Source of the DNA: Malacoraja senta
Taxonomy: Eukaryota
Reading direction: 5' to 3'
DNA length: 64,000 nt
NCBI GenBank assembly: GCA_038087875.1
Contig: CM075987.1
Coordinates: 20,088,001 to 20,152,000, forward strand
Part shown: positions 39,601 through 54,600 of the stretch, piece by piece
Numbering within the stretch: the first letter of the stretch is position 1
Layout: each line of letters opens with the position of its first letter
Made by a program: the position numbers and the translations under genes
Notes under the pieces: model-generated
What the model saw: only the letters and a program-made list of their open reading frames with translations
The model's database searches: none
What the model was told of the DNA's origin: nothing

Positions 39601-42600
39601 TTGAGTTCTGCTCAAAGAGGAGGATTTACTATCATCCGATACAATCACCCTACTCTTTTAAATCTCTTTTCTACCTATAAATCTAGCACGATTTCTAGTT
39701 GTTCTAATAACATTCTAACTATATCCTGCACTCTGCATCTACCTTTCGCTCTACCTATTTTACTTGAGTTTGGCTTGATTATATTTATGTATAATATTAT
39801 CTGATTTGATTGGATAGCATGCAAAACAAAGATGTTCACTGTACATCGGTACACGTGACAATAATACAGCTATAATGAAGCCACTTGCATGACAGATTGT
39901 GGCAATTTTTAACCATTGTATGCATGTTGGCATGTTTTTACCTCCCTGAACTTAAGTGTGAAATCACTACCTCTTATGTTTATTGGTGATGGTGATAGTG
40001 TAACAACTCTAAACATCTCTACTGCCATGTTTTTATGTTGATCAGAGGTTTATAGGATTGCTGCCCGGGTTAGAATGTATTACCTGTAAAGAGAGGTTGA
40101 ACAAACTTGGATTGTTTTCTCCAGAACATCAGTGGATAAGGGAAGAACTGATATCAGCATATAAAATCATGAGAGGCATAGTTAGAATAGACAATCAGAA
40201 CAAAACTAGAGGCCATAGGTTTAAGGCAAGAAGGGCAAGGTTTAAATGTGCAGGGCAAGTTATTTTTTTACTCACAAAGTGGAAGGTGCCTGGAATGTGT
40301 TGCCAAGGATAGTGGTGGAGGCAGATAGGATAGTGACATTTAAAAGGCTTTTACATAGGCACATGGATATGTAGGGAATGGAGCGATATGGATCATGTGC
40401 CAGTAGAGGAGATAAGTTTACCATGGCATCAGTTGCAGTATGGACATTATGGGCTGAGGAGCCTGTTCCTGTGATCTACTGTTCTATGTTTTTATCCTGC
40501 TTCTGGGCTAAATCCCTTCCCTACCTGAGGCCAAATACTATAAATAGGCCTAACGCACCATGAAGGTCCCAAAAACTGACATGGCAAGACCGGATCATTC
40601 TGCCTATATCCCAGGTCTCCCACTACACTCCATCCAGCGATAAATTATAGTTGAGATATTTACCTGACATTCTCCTCATTTTGAAAAGGGAAGTGTTTGA
40701 AATGGCAAACACCAATGGCTATCATAAGAGAAGCAAATTACCCCAACATCAAGAAGCAAAAGCAGTTCTGACCTGGCATGATTCTGCCATTGGACCAAGG
40801 CCCATGAATTTTCAGGCCAGAGTTTGAGAGTATCATGTATTCAGTAAATGGAGCTGAGTCGTGAAGGGTAGTTTGCTGCTTATTTGGTAGGCTTTTGGCT
40901 GAGTGATTAAAATCGTCATGCCATGCGAATACTAGCCTTCTGCTACACTCCTGCCAGAATATTAGTGGCCGGACACAAAAGGAATGCAAAGTTTGTGGTT
41001 GTGATATCTCTCAGCCAACAGCAGACCAAATGCAGGATAACACATTCTGATGCAGGGCAAGGGTCCATGTACTGGATACACAGAAAATTAGATGTCCACT
41101 GACACTATACTCTTCACCTTTTTTAAATTAAATAGGTTATTACCTTCATTAAAATAGTGATGAGAGAAATAGTAGGCAAACTCTTGACAGCCATATGCAG
41201 ATACAGGCCTTGCATCTGCATGCAGTTAATTGATGCAACCTTATACAAGTTGCATTATAAGTCAAAGCCACAAGATATTCTTCCGTATGACGGCAACTTC
41301 TGCAGTGAACCACAAAGACAATTCAGTTTCCAGTCATTAAATTGTTACCAGAGTGCAGAGTCAACTCCCAGCAGCTGTTTTCAGACAAGTTTCAAGTAAA
41401 GTTCTCATTAACCTCAAACTTTAAACAATTTACTTAACTCTTGTCACCACCAGATTTTTGACAATTATCTCGGTAATACGATGTTTCTGACTTCTTTCTG
41501 GAACACTCTCCCACTTAATTAAAAAAAAGAAACAGCATCTGCAATTTATGTAGAATTATCGCTCTAAAAATCAAACCAAAGTAAGAATTAGAAACACTTA
41601 AACATGAAGGTTCATATTAAAGATATAGTTAAATAGAAAAGTCTGCGGTAGGGATTTCCAGAAGCTTTATTCACAGTCTATGTAAAGAAGGACAAAGTGC
41701 CTAACTAATTGAATTGAATATTTGTTGCAGGGCCCTGTTGGGGATCGGGGAGACAGAGGTGAATCTGGAGATCCTGGTTATCCTGTAAGTTATTTACCAC
41801 TTCCCTCAGAATCAATGTGTATTGCCTGTACTTGAAGGAATCTTCGTTGTTTTATTTCAGTAATAATTTCACATTAATTGGCTCCGTTTTCCATGACATA
41901 AATAGNNNNNNNNNNNNNNNNNNNNNNNNNNNNNNNNNNNNNNNNNNNNNNNNNNNNNNNNNNNNNNNNNNNNNNNNNNNNNNNNNNNNNNNNNNNNNNN
42001 NNNNNNNNNNNNNNNNNNNNNNNNNNNNNNNNNNNNNNNGAATACTGAAGCTTTCGGCCATCAGTGAACAGCACAATAGTCGACATCTCTTACTTATTAA
42101 ATACCGCACAATCCAAAATCAATTTTAATCACATTAATTGGTATTTGTTTATTATTGTCACATGTAGTGAGATACAGTGCCAAGCTTTTGTTAGTGTCCT
42201 ATCCAATTAAATCAGATTATGGATCAGAGAAAAGGGAGTAGGAACAGAGTTCAGGAATCCCCTGTAGCCATTCCTCAGCACAGCAGGTGGATACTGTTGA
42301 GGGGGATGACCATTCAGGGTAGAGCAGCTGCAACCAGGTCTGTGGCACTGGGCCTGGCTCTGAGGCACAGTGGGGGAGGGTAAAGTCAGGCAGAGCAATA
42401 GTGATTGGAGATTCAATAGTTAGGGGGTAGACAGTGACTCCAGGATGGTCTGGTGCCAGGGTCCCGGGTGTCTCGGAACAGTTGCAGAACATTCTCAAGG
42501 GGGAAGGTGAGCAGCCAAATGACATTTCCTACATAGGCAGGAAAATGGATGAGGTCCTGCAGAGTGAATGTAGGGAGTTAGGCAAAAGGTTAAAATGCAG

Positions 42601-45600
42601 GAGCTCGAGTCTGGTAATCTCTGTGTTGGTTAGGTTCCTATGCTGTGAGGTTCTATGTGCCATGTGCTCTCAGTGTCATGTGTTAGTGAGGGTAGCACTA
42701 GAAGGATAGAACAGATGAATGCATGGCTGAGGAGTTGGTGCAGGGGGCAGGGATTCCGATTTTTGGACCTATGGGATTTCTTCTGAGGCAGAGGTGACCT
42801 GTACAAGAGGAACAGGTTGCACCTGAATTGGAGGGGCATCAACATCCTTGAGATGAGTGGCTAATCTTTGATCAGAACAAAATCCCTTCTCTCCCACCTG
42901 CACCCAGACCTCCACACCAGATTCCCTATGCCTAGAGGCAAATTGCATCTTGCTAGTTCCTGGTGTGTCTCCTAGGGCACATATCTCTCTCTAGGTCGAA
43001 CCAATTTTCAAGTCAAGTCAAGTGAGTTTATTGTCATGTGTCCCTGATAGGACAATGAAATTCTTGCTTTGCTTCAGCACACAGAACATAGTAGGCATTT
43101 ACTACAAAACAGATCAGTGTGTCCATATACCATAATAGAAATATTTGTACACATGAATAAATAAACTGATAAAATGCAGATAACAGATAATGGGTTATTA
43201 ATAATCAGAGTTTTGTCTGAGCCAGGTTTAATAGCCTGATGGCTGTGGGGAAGTAGCTATTCCTGAACCTGGTTGTTGCAGTCTTCAGGCTCCTGTACCT
43301 TCTGCCTGAAGGTAGCAGGGAGATGAGTGTGTGGCCAGGATGGTGTGGGTCTTTGATGATACTGCCAGCCTTTTTGAGGCAGCGACTGCGATAAATCCCC
43401 TCGATGGAAGGAAGGTCAGAGCCGATGATTTTGCTCAACCCTCTCATTGCCAGTTGCTAAGGTAGTGCCATGGGATTTAAGGTAGAGTAACAAAGCGTGC
43501 TCAATATCTTTGTCTTCATCACCTACCCCCTCCCTCGTGAGTGTGTGGAAGAGAGAGAGAACACTGCTCATATTCCCATGCTCCCCATGCTTTGACCCAT
43601 GCTGCTCTGTTCATGGGGAATCAGCATGCCTGCCAATCATTGCAAAGACAAAGCAATGTTTGGACTTTAAGACTTTTGCCTTCCATCACAGTGAGGTGCC
43701 TGGTGAACTCACTGTGGTGGATGTTAAATTCATGTTTATTGTGTGTTTTTGTTATTTTATTATATGTATGACTGCAAGGCACGAAATTTTGTTCAGACCG
43801 GAAGGTCTGAATGACAATAAAGGATACTTTACTTACTTACTTACCTTTTAGGATAGGTGCATTTTTAAGGATGTGTCTTGTATGCTTGAATTTAAAACAC
43901 TGAAAATACCCTTAATATTTTTGATGGCCTAGATATTAGCACCACTATCATTGATGGATATCTGTTTCCTACAGGGTCAGGAAGGCCTGGATGGCGAGAG
44001 GGGGAAGCCTGGCCAGCAAGGTTTACCAGTAAGTCCAATTTAAACTTAATAATAATTAATATATTGCAGACATCAAATAATGTTCCAAAAGATTACAATT
44101 TCATTTAATCAAAATTGCCAGTATTTCTTAATTCTGTTCACCAAACCACACATTTTGAAGTACTTATGTGATTGTGCAGAGGGTGGAGAATTTATCTGGA
44201 TGGGAAGCACAGCAATAATTGATTCCACATGAAGGAGGATAACTTCTATGTTGTAGAAATGCTAGCTTGCATCAGAGATAGAATTGCATAGAGTTATAAT
44301 TCTTTTATTATTTGCTTTGAATTTTAGGGTAATCCTGGACCTCCAGGTCAACCAGGTGTAAAAGGATCGAAAGGTCAAGAGGTGGGTAACTTTCTTCCCG
44401 TGATAACTTAGAACCTCACAGCACAGGAACCAGCCCTTCAGCCCACAATATCGAACATAATGTCAAAACCAACTCTGAACTGCTTGCATGTAATCCATAT
44501 ACCTTATTTTCTTGCATATCCATGTGCCTTTCCAGAAGTCTCTTCAATGCCTCTATCATATCTGCTGCCTTCATCTCCTCCCTCCCCCCCCCCCACCCCA
44601 CCCACAGCGAGTTCCAGGCACCCATCACTCTCTGTGTAAAAAAAACCATCCTGCTGATCTCCTTTATACTTTGCTCCTCTCGCCTTAATGCTGCAGTATA
44701 TCAGGTCTCCTCTCAACCTTCAACATTCAGGAGAAAGCAATCCAAGTCTGTTCATCCTCTCCTTTTAGTTAATACCCTCCACCCCAGGTATCATTCTAAT
44801 AAACCTCTTCTGCACTCTTTCCAAAGCCTTCACATCCTTAGATAGACACAAAATGCTAGAGTAACTCAGCTGGACAGGCAGCATCTCTGGAGAGAAGGAT
44901 TGGGTGACGTTTCGGGTCAAGACCCTTCATGTATTGGGGCATAAGTATAGTTTCATATAGTCAATGACATACAATCAAAGAATTAACAACAATAACAAAC
45001 ATCTAGCCCACTGTACTTTCATATATTCTGTATATTTAGTTTCTTACTTTAAAAATTCAGATTTAATTCTGTTTTGCAATTAAGTAATTTTTCCTCAGCA
45101 TTTACTTGCAATAACTTATTCCACATTCTATTACTATTTTGTGCGAAAAGAAAATTTCAGTTGTTGCTTTCCTCTGTTTAGTTTAGTTTAGTCTAGTTTA
45201 GTTTAGAGATACAGCGCGGAAACAGGCCCTTTGGCCCGCCGGGTCCGCGCCGACCAGCGATCCCCGCAAATTAACACCATCCTAGGGAGAATTTTTACAT
45301 TTACCAAGCCAATTAACCTACAAACCTGTACGTCTTTGGAGTGTGGGAGGAAACCGAAGATCTCGGAGAAAACCCATGCAGGTCACAGGGAGATCGTCCA
45401 AAATTCCATACAGACAGAACCCGTAGTCTGGATCAAACCCGGGTCTCCGGTGTTGCATTCGCTGTAAGGCAGCAACTCTACCGCTGCGCCACCGTGACCG
45501 TTGATCTATTTGACTGTTGTCGAATAGATCCACCCATAAATGGGAAAAAATCTAAATCAAATGTTTTCAATTTTCCAGTGGAAAAAGTAGTTTTAAATGT

Positions 45601-48600
45601 TCCATCATAACAATAACTTCCCATTCTTGGATTACTATAAGTGAATTTTTACTATACTTTTTCCATCATATTAATATCCACTATAATTGGGTTGCCAGAT
45701 CTTGGCAGCTTTCCATCCCATAGGATATGCATTGGTGGTCAACTTCACATTGGAGACAAAACTGAACAATACTTCTACATTCATTTCTCAGAAGAGCCTT
45801 GTGTCTGTACTCCAAATATCTCAGTCTCTGCACTACATGGAGTATATTCTGCTCTTTATTCTTGTCTCTCAAAATTTATGGTGCCACAGTCCACTGCATT
45901 GATTGTTCATATACTCCCTTCACCAATATGTTCAATCACTGCATGCTCTTATATTCTGCCTTATCTATAACTTTGAAAAAAGCACCAAATTATTATCATT
46001 GGTTATTATCAAAATCCTATTTGTGCTTAGATTCAAACCATGTTTACAAATGAAAAACTGCTCATTGTCAGAGTGGGTTGTGAAGAAGGTTCAAGGGGAT
46101 ACTGACAGGATAAGTAAGTGGATAAGGATTGGGTGAACGGAATATAATGTGGAAAGTTTTTGATGTCATCCATTTTGGTACAAAAATCGAACATGTATAA
46201 TTTTTCAAATGACACTGTAGGAAATGTGTGCCAGTCAATTTTAAATAAAGGAAAAATCCAATGAGTTAAATAAATTGCCAAATGGGATATCATGCTGGCA
46301 TATTGGTCTCCAAAGTAATGGGTGAAACTGGAGACATTCTATTCAGCTTGGACTCCAACCAAGTGGTGTGCTGGGTGTTGTTCAGTGGGACCTGTGTGTC
46401 CTTGTACACAAATCACTGAATGTTAACAGGCAGGTAATGTACATCCCTTAATGTACATACAATATTAGGATTATTCTTAATATCATCTGCCAGATCTATC
46501 TCATTTCCCCTTTTTGGCCTCCTGATTTCCTTTTATAGCTTGTTCCTCAGTTTCCAAAACTCCTCCAGGGATACACTTGATCCCAACTTCCTACACATGT
46601 CCCATGCCTCCTCCTTGCTCTTCTGCAGAGCCTCAATTTATCTCGTTATCCAAGTTTCCTTGCGTCCACCTGCTTTGCCCTTCACTCTAACAGGAAGAGG
46701 CATGTCATGGATTCTTGTCAGCACACAGACCTGGTTTCGATCCTATCTGTGTGGAATTTACGCATTCTCCCTGTGATCGTGTGGATTTCCTCCGTTTCCT
46801 CCCACATCCCAAAGACATAGGGATTTGTAGATTAATTGGACAATAGAAACTCTCTGTAAATTGCAGCTAGCATGTATGGAGTGGATCGAAAGTGGGATTA
46901 CACTGGGATTTCTCCAAAGTGCTGAATGGGTTAGATGGTCGGTATGGGCTTGGTGGGCTGAAGGTTTCCATGCTGTATCTTTCAATTATAACTACTAGGT
47001 TTTTAACGATGTTTCACTGAGTTAAGAATCTAACCAAAAAAAGATATAGGTATTATGTGCTACTTACTAGCTTTCATTCATGGTTCTATGTTATGTAAGC
47101 AACGCCACCAAAAAACAGTGGTGTTGATCGCAGCTTCTGTTGGCATTTCAGAATGTCAGCAATGCATGTGCATCTGGACGCTACCATGCTGTGTCTACAA
47201 TATTGAAACAAAAAGAATGAGGTATAAGTATTGTAACCGCTGATAACAGTTTACTTGTAGAAATCAGCAACTCCGTGTTCAATTCTCCCACATGTTGTAC
47301 AAGACTTCCAAAACATTAATATATGCAACTCTTATGTCATACAATAAAGAAATCTGCCTTCCATTTATAATTTGTACCCTGCAGAACAAATAAGAATTCT
47401 ACAGATTTTCAAAGAAATAATAATATTAATAATAGTACAGGACCTTTATTATAGTGAAATGTCCCACTGTATTCCAGAGGATTTCCATAACAGTTAATAA
47501 ACAGGAGTTATGGAAAAGAACATTGTGTTGATCTGCTGATGACCAGTGGGGCACTTTTATTTTGTCAAACCCCTGCCTTGTTTGACAGCTGCAAGCAAAC
47601 AAAGATCCCCTCCCAATTTCAACCTATTAATCCATCAAGAACAAGTAAAATTTGCCAATTTGTGGAAATTGTTAATGTAAGATGACTATTGCAGTAACAA
47701 CAGTTATAAAAACAATCCAAATATATTTTTTTAGAAGCTAACTGTAACTGGATACTCACTAGGATTCTGTCTGAAATCAAGGACCCTGTTAATCTATATT
47801 GCAAGTAGAATATTACGGTTTCAGTTGCTGCTTCTGTGAATGAGCTGTATTTCAGTTATATCCCTTATTAAAACTGTAGAATTTTCATTAGTCTCGAATT
47901 GAACTGTCAGCGTGTGCAATGTACCCGCAGTCTTTCTGACAATGTAATCACAGTGAGGAAGAAATTCACTGTTGTTTGCGAAGGTCAAACGAGTATCTGT
48001 ATGTTTTACTCTGTTCGCAATATTGTTTATCTTTATGGCAATGGAGCCAAATTTCAAGAGGTGACTACAACAGAAAGCTGATTCTCTAGCACCCATTAGC
48101 GCTGTTGACCAAAGATAAATTTATAAGCCAGGAACTCACAGACCTTATTCTCTTTTGAGCTGAACTGGAGTAAAAAACAGACAAACATACAGGGTATGAT
48201 GAAGCTGAATTTTATTGTGAAATCAAAGGTACATAAATAACATAAAACAGCAAAATTCAGTTCATTATTTCTCATTTACACAGGGACGAAAAGGAAAAAC
48301 AGGTGTACGGGGCATTCGAGGAAGCCCAGGCCCGCCAGTAAGTGTTTTATATGTGTATATATATTCATGCATTACAGAGCCTCTGCCTAAACTGAGGGAT
48401 GAATCCAAAAACATTATAGCCGAGGATTGCAGAAGATAAATTTAATTTTATTAATAATGAAAACCGAGAAAAGTCGATAGACCCCAGAAATAGGCACAGG
48501 TTGGACAATCTGGTCCTGTGCATTAGATATTGTAAGAGCTATGTCACAGAGGACATAGCTCTTATTACCAGTGTATAGTATATAATACCTTGCAGTATAG

Positions 48601-51600
48601 TACCTTACAGTATATAGTACCTTTCATTTTTTCCAAAGTGCTCTTTGATCAGTTCATTTGTTTTGAAGTGCAGTTGCTGTTACATTTGTAAGAGTATTCT
48701 ACAGTATGGAATTGAATGTTATATCATTGTAATCTAAAAACCTTAAAGCAGAACTAATAGAATTTTTATTTTTTATCACTTAGGGACCAGTTGGGCCTCC
48801 TGGTCCAAGAGGCGTTGTTGGCCGGCAAGGTCAAGAGGGCGCTCCAGGGTTGGATGGAATTCCAGGATTCGATGGCAAACCAGCAATTACAGTAAGGAGG
48901 AGCTTTTGACAATGATATAGATACCCGTGTTGGCATCATAAACACAATAATGTAAGACTTATCTTTGTAGAAATCTTCGTCTATAACAATAATATTTCAC
49001 AACCATGAAAGTAAATAAATCACAAAACTGTGCACTTTACATATGTTGTACCACCATTGCTAACTCTTATTCTATCCATCAAATCATCACAGTCCTAACT
49101 AATGAATAATAACTGTAAACAGTAACTCCCCAACAGTTAATGATTCCTATCAGTGGTACTCTTCACGATAAGATCGACTAAACTAAAATGTCCATTGTTA
49201 TCCACCACTATATTGCAGTTTGTTTAATAGCTGCCGTTTAAGCCCTCTGTGTCAGCTGCTGTTCTGTATTTAGTTACAAGTGATATATCATATCAGAGAT
49301 ACAGGCAAAATACCAAACATATATGTGGTAGCAATACATCCTTGGAATTGGTCTGAGCAGGGCCCATTTTTGCAGACACCAACAGGTCTCCGATACAGTA
49401 TGGAGAGGAGAAGCACCCACACAATTCTCCAGAAGTGTGTCACCTTCCAGTTTGGAGGAAGATGATGAAAGTAGTGCTTCGCCCAAGTTTGAAGCAGAAA
49501 TGTAACCTAATGCATAGAAAAATAAGAGGGTTAGTACCCGTTTGTTGCACTGTATGCAAAATTGCTTCACATAATTTATATACTGCATTCAGGCATAGGG
49601 TAAATTTTGCACCACAGGGTAGTTTTTTTCATATATTTAACTCCTCATGTCACTCCCTGTCCTTGATATCCCTCTACTCTTCATGCTCACAGCTGTCTGT
49701 CCAAAATGGACTCCCCAGACTAGAGCTTGAATTGATCCCCTGGGCCCTATCCTGATTCCCAGAATTCTCACCACACCCAAAGATGAATACATTCACTTTT
49801 AGGTCATGAAAATAATTGGTAAAACACGTAATATTATGACAGTTACTTACTTTAAAGGTACTTAACAGTATTTTTGGGGTAGTCAGCTATAGTAAGCTTA
49901 TGCTATAGTAAGCACAAAATTATTCATTCAATTATTCATTACATGCAGAATGTGTGAACTTCCAACATCTCCAGAGTCCAATGGACCTGGTTGAAACCAA
50001 AGACCAATAGCCAAGACAGAGTTATTGGTCCCATGGAAGCTCTTTCATGTAGAGGAATTTCCTTTCAAACAGTCAAAATGTTAACTGTATTCACATATTG
50101 GTAGACAATGAAATATTAGTCTACTTTTACCTAGACTTGTTTCACACATGATGTACCTTTCTGCCAAAGCCAACAAATTAAAATGCAGTCCAACCATCAA
50201 AAGCACCAACATTGGAACTAACCTCTGATTATAAGGGGTTTTTTGTTTTCCATACAATGTGACTCCTTGTTGTCATGTATTTCACCCATAATGAAGAGAA
50301 CAGATGTTATTTTTGACTTGGCTCAATTAAAGTAGAGACACAGGAACTGCTGGAATCTTGAGCAAAACGTAAAGTGCTGGAGGAACTCAGCGGGTCAAGC
50401 AGCATCTGTGGAGGGAATAGACAGATGATGATGTTTTGGGTTGTGACCCTTCTTCAGGTTTAAAGTAGTGAGCAATTTAACTGAGCTGTGAAAGTAAAAT
50501 TGATATTAGACCCCAAGGTTTTCCAACAATGTGCCCAGTTTATGAAGGATGCTGAGAAAATGAAGCTATAGAAGAAATTTACTACGTTTGAGATGATGCA
50601 AAGGAGGTTTTAGTCACACAATACTAGAGGATTAATGTATTTTCATTGACACAGAAAATATTAAAGGACAGTCTGACTGAGATGTGCATAATCATGAAGT
50701 GGAGAGAATGAATTCAGGATTGGACATTACATCCTAATAGAATATCCATTAATGAATCCATAGCAGTTGCTATATGTTCCTAGATTCCTTCCTTTTCACA
50801 TGCCAAATTATTATTTGTATTGCATAAAAGCCTCAACAGTTTTAGAATTATTGGAAAGAAAGTTTATTTTTGGCGTTGACATGTAAGTTTTGCTCATACT
50901 TTAGGGGGAACAGGGAGACGATGGGAGTGTGGGATTGATTGGTGCATCTGGGGCACGCGGCCGTGTTGGAGTACCCGGACTACCTGGATCTCAGGGATCC
51001 CCTGGCTTTAAGGTGAGAAGGATTAACACTTTCAGCATCTCATTCTGTAACCTCTACAATAATTTGATAAATAGAAAGACAATGATGATTCTTCAAAGAT
51101 GAGCTGCTCATGCATTATCCATTGAAGTGAAGAATGATCTCATTAATTAATATACTTGTGTAACACTGGAGTGAGATGATGTTAAATACTGTAAAATCCA
51201 AACAATGTTTAGTTATGTTCTGAAGTTGCTGTGCTACTCAGTGAAATCATGGTTTCATTCTGCATCAGGCCCACTGTTGATTTGAGCATGTAAATATGGG
51301 AATATTGAAATTATTGAAAGGACATTGATAGGAACATAGAAAATAGGTGCAGGAGGAGGCCATTAGGCCCTTCAAGCCTGCACCGCCATTCATTGTGATC
51401 ATGGCTGATCATCGACAATCAGTAACCGGTGCCTGCCTTCTCCCCATATCCCTTGACTCCGCTCGCTTCTAGAGCTCCATCTAACTCTCTTTTAAATTCA
51501 TCCAGTTAATTGGCCTTTATTGCCTTCTGTGGCAGAGAATTCCACAAATTCACAACTCTCTGGGTGAAAAAGTTTTTCTCATCTCAGTATTAAATGGCCT

Positions 51601-54600
51601 CCCCTTTATTCTTGGACTGTGGCCCCTGGTTCTGGACTCCCTCATCATTGGGAAAAAATTTCCTGCATCTAGCTTGTCCAGTCCTTTTATAATTGTATAC
51701 ATTTCTATAAGATCCCCTTCTAAATTCCTTCTAAATTCAAGTGAATACAAGCCCAGTCTTTCCAATCTATCCTCATATGACAGTACCGCCATCCCTGGGA
51801 TTAACCTCGTGAACTATGCTGCGCTGCCTCAATAGCAAGGATACTCAAATTAGGAGACCAAAACTGCACACAATACTCCAGATATGGTCTCACCAGGGCC
51901 CTGTACATCTGCAGAAGGACCTCTTTACTCCTATACTTAAATCCTCTCGTTATGACGGCCAACATGCCATTAGCTTTCTTCACTGCCTGCTGCACCTGCA
52001 TGTTTCCAAATGTACCGTATTTCCCGGCAATGAAGACGCACCTGCGTTGAAGACGCACCCCCGTTTTGAGCCCCTGGACTGGCTGTAGTTCCCAGGTCGC
52101 CTGCTAGCCCCGGGACTAACTGCAGTTCCCAGGTCGCCTGCCCCGGGACTGGTTGTAGCGCCCAGGTCGCCTGCGAGCCCCGGGACTAGCTGCAGTTCCG
52201 CTGTCCGGTTCCGGCATGATCCCCGACTCCCTCCTTCTCAACGCTCCTGCCCTCCCTGCAACTTTACCCCTGGCGGCACAGCCGTGCTGACCCGGGCCAG
52301 TCTACCCACACGCTGTGGAAGGAACTCTTCTTCCCCCCCCCCCCCCCAGCGGCGCTGTCCTTTTACAGCCACTGTACTGAGGGATAGTCAAGTCTATCTT
52401 TCTTGGCTAACAATCTAACCTTCGGCCTCCAAGACGCAGGTAAATGTTCGGGCCTTATTTTAGAGTAATAAATAGCGTCTTCATTGCCGGGAAATATGGT
52501 AATCAAAATACCAATTAAAAAATGTTCCTGACAATATTGCTCCTAATCTGTGCATTAGGAGCCTACATTGCTTTGCCTCTGCTAAATAAACAATGTGACT
52601 AAGATCCTTGCTGAATTCAGTCTACAATTTGGTTCATTCTGTCCCCATTCTTTCCCCATTTGCTAAATTTCTGGCGATTAAATGATTATGGGTTACTTGT
52701 TTTAACATTTATGTTTTGTATTGTATCACCTGAATCACTAGTTAAAAATTCCTTGAGTTTCTAAAGTTTAGCAAATTAGCAAAAAGGATGGGATAATAGT
52801 TACTCAAGGTTCCAGATTGAAAGAGTTAGAATCCTTTTTAACTTAATATCTGGTGCCATCTCCTTGATGGATAGATTTCTACCGATGCAAATAATGGAAC
52901 CTTGTCATTTTCAGTTCACACTTTTAATTACCTAACAATTGTTTATCAGTACAATCAATGTCCCTGTTTTTAATTTAAATGAAAAATGACTTAACATTTT
53001 GGAATCATTTTACCATAGAACTCAATAAAGCTGTCACAATATTCCAGACAATATTTTCAGCCTCTCAAATTTGGGAAAATCTAATCCAAAAATGTGTATA
53101 CCTTCTGAATTAAGCTTCTGTAATAAAAATTGGATATCTTATATTAATATATATTGGTGCATGGAAAATATTTTATTGTACTTAAATGAGATCTTCCCCA
53201 CCGATTTTCAACCATTTTCTCCAATTCCACCCCTTTGGGCAAATCTGTCAAATGAAATCTAAAGCTGAATGTATGCTCATGATAAAAATCGTCCTGACAA
53301 CTCTAGCTGTCAAAAGAATATGAAGTGAAATGGAAAAGTAGTGGAGCACAAAATGATCTGACATATTCTATGATTTAAAATTAAAACTAAATACAATTCC
53401 TAGTGCACCAAATAAATTCTGCGTTCTTTTGCAGATCATGTGACAATCAGTCAGCGCTTCCAATTCAGAGCTGCTGAAAATGAAAATCAAAAACTGTAAA
53501 TATTGGGCGTCTATAACAAAAACAGAAAATGTTAGAAACATCAGCAGGTCAGACAGCATCAATGGAAAGAGAAACAGTTATTATTTCATGTCAAAGACCC
53601 TACACCATCTTCTCAAGGATCTTCAACATGAAATACTAACTCTGTTTCTCTTTCCACAGATGCTGCCTAACAGCATGTTCTGTTTTTATCACTGTACCAT
53701 AGAAAAACAAAGTTGAGATTTCAGGTCGAGGGCCATTGATCTAATGAAGGATTGTTGACCTAATTAGGCAACTTGGTTACTGCCCCCCACTGATGCTGCC
53801 TGACCTGTTGAGTATGCTCTGATTCTGATCTGATTTCCAGCATCTGCAGTTTCTGCTCCAATTTTATTACATGTATTATGAACGCCATGGTGCACCTAAT
53901 ATGGTCAATTGCTATTTCTCAACAAAAGATAAAATAACATGTTTTTCTCCATCTGCTAAGCAAATTGTGAACAAATTGTTCTTGTGCCCTAGAATCCTAC
54001 CAAATAATTGCACGTTTTATGTTATCTCTCCCTATATGTTGTGGTCAAATTATAGTACTTGCCAGGAATAGCAGATAAAGATCACAGAGCTTCTCCTAAG
54101 GCACAGCCATTGGCCCCATTTTTGAAACCAGAGTATTCTTTTAGGTAGAGTCAAAAATGAAATGCAATAAAAAATTAAAACAAAAAATCTTCCTATCTCT
54201 CTTTACATTTCAAAAGATAGTTAGTTGCAATGATCAGAATGTGAATGTTTATTCCCACTCTAACATGTTCCCTCTGTAAATCGGCATTGTTAGAACGAGG
54301 CTGAATTTCCACCCTAAAACATGAGAGTGATCAGCATAACCTACCGCAGAGGGCCTTGTGCACATTCGCTGTCCAACTGAACTTCCGCTTCACAGCACAG
54401 TATTGTTCTGGACATTGTGTTGCAATGTTGATTTTTATTGTGGCTGCCTAATCTTCATTTCCATCCATCTTCCCCATGGTGGCGCTTCCCTCTTAAACTG
54501 TAAACAGTTGTGGAGGGAATTAGCAAAGTATACCCACACCAACAATGGATGTTTTCCTTCTTAAGTATATTTAATTCTGCAGCAGAATGCTTATTCAAAG

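Noticed and set aside
41906-42039. Exon hidden in the assembly gap
   Set aside because: W9 and W10 join colinearly with the COL27A1 sequence as recalled; nothing appears missing
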